Positions 62,152 through 64,000 of a stretch of DNA of 64,000 bases are shown piece after piece. The position numbers and the translations under genes were made by a program. The notes below the pieces were generated by a model. The model was not told the DNA's origin. It did no database searches and saw nothing but the letters and a program-made list of their open reading frames with translations. This DNA is from Paenibacillaceae bacterium. GTDB taxonomy: Bacteria; Bacillota; Bacilli; Paenibacillales; CANHGK01. How positions within the stretch are numbered: the stretch's first letter is position 1; every line of letters begins with the position of its first letter. The stretch is from assembly GCA_947460235.1 (NCBI GenBank), contig CANHGK010000013.1, positions 8,509-72,508 on the forward strand, given 5' to 3'.

Positions 62152-62211
62152 TATAAAAAACTACAAATAATTTACGATTCGTTTGTATTTTTATTGAACA
62201 TCCGTTTTTGA

Positions 62212-62228
62212 TGTTATTTTATATTACA
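62212..62228. promoter_or_regulatory. TnrA/GlnR box
   Basis: TGTTA-N7-TTACA, exact match. Confidence 0.7.
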
Positions 62229-62290
62229 TAATATTTGAATAAACAGAAAAAAGCCCTCTAACACGAACGACTCATGTCAGAGGACTTCTC

Positions 62291-62647
62291 TCATGTTTTT
62301 GCCATTACAACCAACGCCATCGCTTCCTTGCATGTGGAACGAAACCAATCCGCACGAAGTTGGATTCGATATACATATCCGCGTTGCACAAATTCAGCCT
62401 GCACCCCGCCAAGTCCATCCGGATCCACACGACTGATCTTCACCGACTGCCTAAGCAATTCTTTCCTCGAACGATTCAAGTACTCATGCGCTAGCTTCAT
62501 CCAGCATTCATATTGACGCGCTAACGCATCCGCCTGATGCAATGTACTTCCTTTCACTTTCGCCGCATCATCCGCCAATTCGTCGAGTATCACCGTCCAC
62601 TTCAACACATCTCGCACCGCCTCTGTCGCTTCACCTGGCGCCAACAT
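62291..62647 (-). CDS. YhjD-like SOS-associated hypothetical protein
   Basis: GGAGG RBS before ATG 62647; KELLRQSVKI...EFVQRGY pattern; LexA box upstream. Confidence 0.6.
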   Translation of the reverse strand: MLAPGEATEAVRDVLKWTVILDELADDAAKVKGSTLHQADALARQYECWMKLAHEYLNRSRKELLRQSVKISRVDPDGLGGVQAEFVQRGYVYRIQLRADWFRSTCKEAMALVVMAKT

Positions 62648-62692
62648 GTGTCCACCTCCAACATACCTCTGCATATGTATATCATACCATAC

Positions 62693-62706
62693 AGAACGTA
62701 TGTTCG
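62693..62706. promoter_or_regulatory. LexA (DinR/Cheo) SOS box
   Basis: AGAACGTATGTTCG matches GAAC-N4-GTTC and lies within a TTTACG-N18-TATGAT promoter on the minus strand. Confidence 0.8.
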
Positions 62707-62715
62707 TAAATATCA

Positions 62716-63468
62716 TCAATATTGTAATTCCAATTCCATTTCACGAATATTACTAACTCCAAAAAAATGCCTGACATATTGTTCATCCATTTGCGTTAAA
62801 TCAAGCATCGTAAAAAGCACATAACTATCAAAATCAGGAGATTTTGCTGGTTCGCCGTAAATGCGGCAACCCATTTGCAAATAACCTTTCAAGAGTGGTG
62901 GGACTTGTCGTAAAAATATACGCAAATCAACTTGTTCTGGTGTCGTTTCATCATAAGTAATTCCCGATGGGAACATCGGACGAATCATCGGCTGCGTTTG
63001 AATCACTTGTTGACCTTTGAGTAACCCATATAACTTTTGCATGGAAATGCCGTGAATTTCCGTAAACAAACTTGTACATCCAAACAAACGTGTGGCCTTC
63101 ACGTTGCGCATATAATCCGCAATGCCTTTCCATAACAGCTGAATCACTTTTCCGTTCCGATATTCTGGCAAAATACAACTTCTACCGAGTTCCACAGATT
63201 TGGCCATCCATCCACGGATCGGTGACAAATCAAACATCGTCTCACTATAAAACCCGGTTGCCTCTCCTCGAGGACCCGGTAACAAGCGGTAGCAACCAAC
63301 AACTTTTCCAGTCATCACTTCTTGAACCATCAAATGATCCGACCACGCATCCCACCGATCGACATCGGTTGTTGATACCGACATCTCCCGCACAAATACG
63401 TCATGACGCAATAGATATACACGCTCCATATCTGCAGGTGTCGTCGCTAACTTTACTTGTAACATCAT
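62716..63468 (-). CDS. GNAT N-acyltransferase of the OlsB/'putative hemolysin' type
   Basis: LRHDVF..E, DVDRWDAWSDHL, VGCYRLL, FYSETMFDL, VELGRSCILPEYR, LFGCTS, PPLLKGYLQMG. Confidence 0.82.
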   Translation of the reverse strand: MMLQVKLATTPADMERVYLLRHDVFVREMSVSTTDVDRWDAWSDHLMVQEVMTGKVVGCYRLLPGPRGEATGFYSETMFDLSPIRGWMAKSVELGRSCILPEYRNGKVIQLLWKGIADYMRNVKATRLFGCTSLFTEIHGISMQKLYGLLKGQQVIQTQPMIRPMFPSGITYDETTPEQVDLRIFLRQVPPLLKGYLQMGCRIYGEPAKSPDFDSYVLFTMLDLTQMDEQYVRHFFGVSNIREMELELQY

Positions 63469-63627
63469 TCGTTCATCCGCCTCCGAACCAAATATGATTG
63501 TTTTCAAAATCGTATCAAACATTCATTAAATCGATTCGCGAAGCAGATAAAACGAATATTAAGCTGCGGAAACATTGTAAATAAACGAAAACGGCCGCCC
63601 CTCTATAAGGGACGGACCGCTTCAAAC

Positions 63628-64000
63628 TCATTTTAAGTTGCTAATAAATTTCTCAGAATCGTTCGCTTGCCGAACCGAGTTGTGAGCATGCGAAGCTTCT
63701 TCGATCTCAGCAAAAGCCCAACTGGATTTCGGAACATCTGACCAACGCTTCGTTTGAGAATTCGTGATTGGACCTCGTTGGAAAAGTCGGTTAAGCACGA
63801 CAACGGTTTGCTCACGATTCAAAATCGCATCAGTAAAGGCGAAAGGTGCTGCGTCCATTTTCTGACCTTTAAGATATTTTGTAAGTTCGTTGCTATGGAA
63901 ATTCGTACTGCAATTTGCACAGAAGTAGTTTTTCATTTTTCCGGCGAATTGCTTATTCATGAGTGCCAAATACTTGATCACAATATTATCAATTTGTTTT
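63628..64000 (-). CDS. C-terminal end of an SLH-domain surface protein (runs off the right edge)
   Basis: Frame is open to the window edge; LNREQ...NRLFQRGP...WSDVPKSSWAFAEIEEAS.AH SLH-type terminus. Confidence 0.75.
   Translation of the reverse strand, partial: KQIDNIVIKYLALMNKQFAGKMKNYFCANCSTNFHSNELTKYLKGQKMDAAPFAFTDAILNREQTVVVLNRLFQRGPITNSQTKRWSDVPKSSWAFAEIEEASHAHNSVRQANDSEKFISNLK

Overview
Chromosomal window (roughly 40-45% GC by eye) from an endospore-forming Bacilli member, probably Paenibacillaceae-like. Housekeeping blocks: proBAC, dnaD-asnS, heme O synthase, trpS, yqfC-yqfD-phoH-ybeY-dgkA, two CAT-anticodon tRNAs and a PyrR-attenuated pyr operon. Starch-related accessory genes are a GH13 alpha-amylase (5' end only) and a tandem-CBM21 protein, both with cre-like sites. 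There is a spoVA2mob-like spore-resistance operon with no visible transposon. A six-gene MacAB-like exporter locus also encodes a solute-binding lipoprotein and a large secreted beta-rich protein. Three paralogous multi-TM sensor kinases share an extracellular CxxC, and two of them carry an apparently catalytically degenerate CheA-like tail. A lectin/Ig/SLH surface protein follows. A nitrogen-regulated (TnrA/GlnR boxes) ABC importer-biuH-cupin-trtA-like-pucR cluster has a TrtA-like enzyme with His at a position that is normally acidic. The window ends with a LexA-boxed yhjD-like gene, an OlsB-like GNAT and part of an SLH-protein gene. No CRISPR array, IS/transposase, integrase or rRNA was recognised. 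All family calls come from motif recognition and memory, not database searches.
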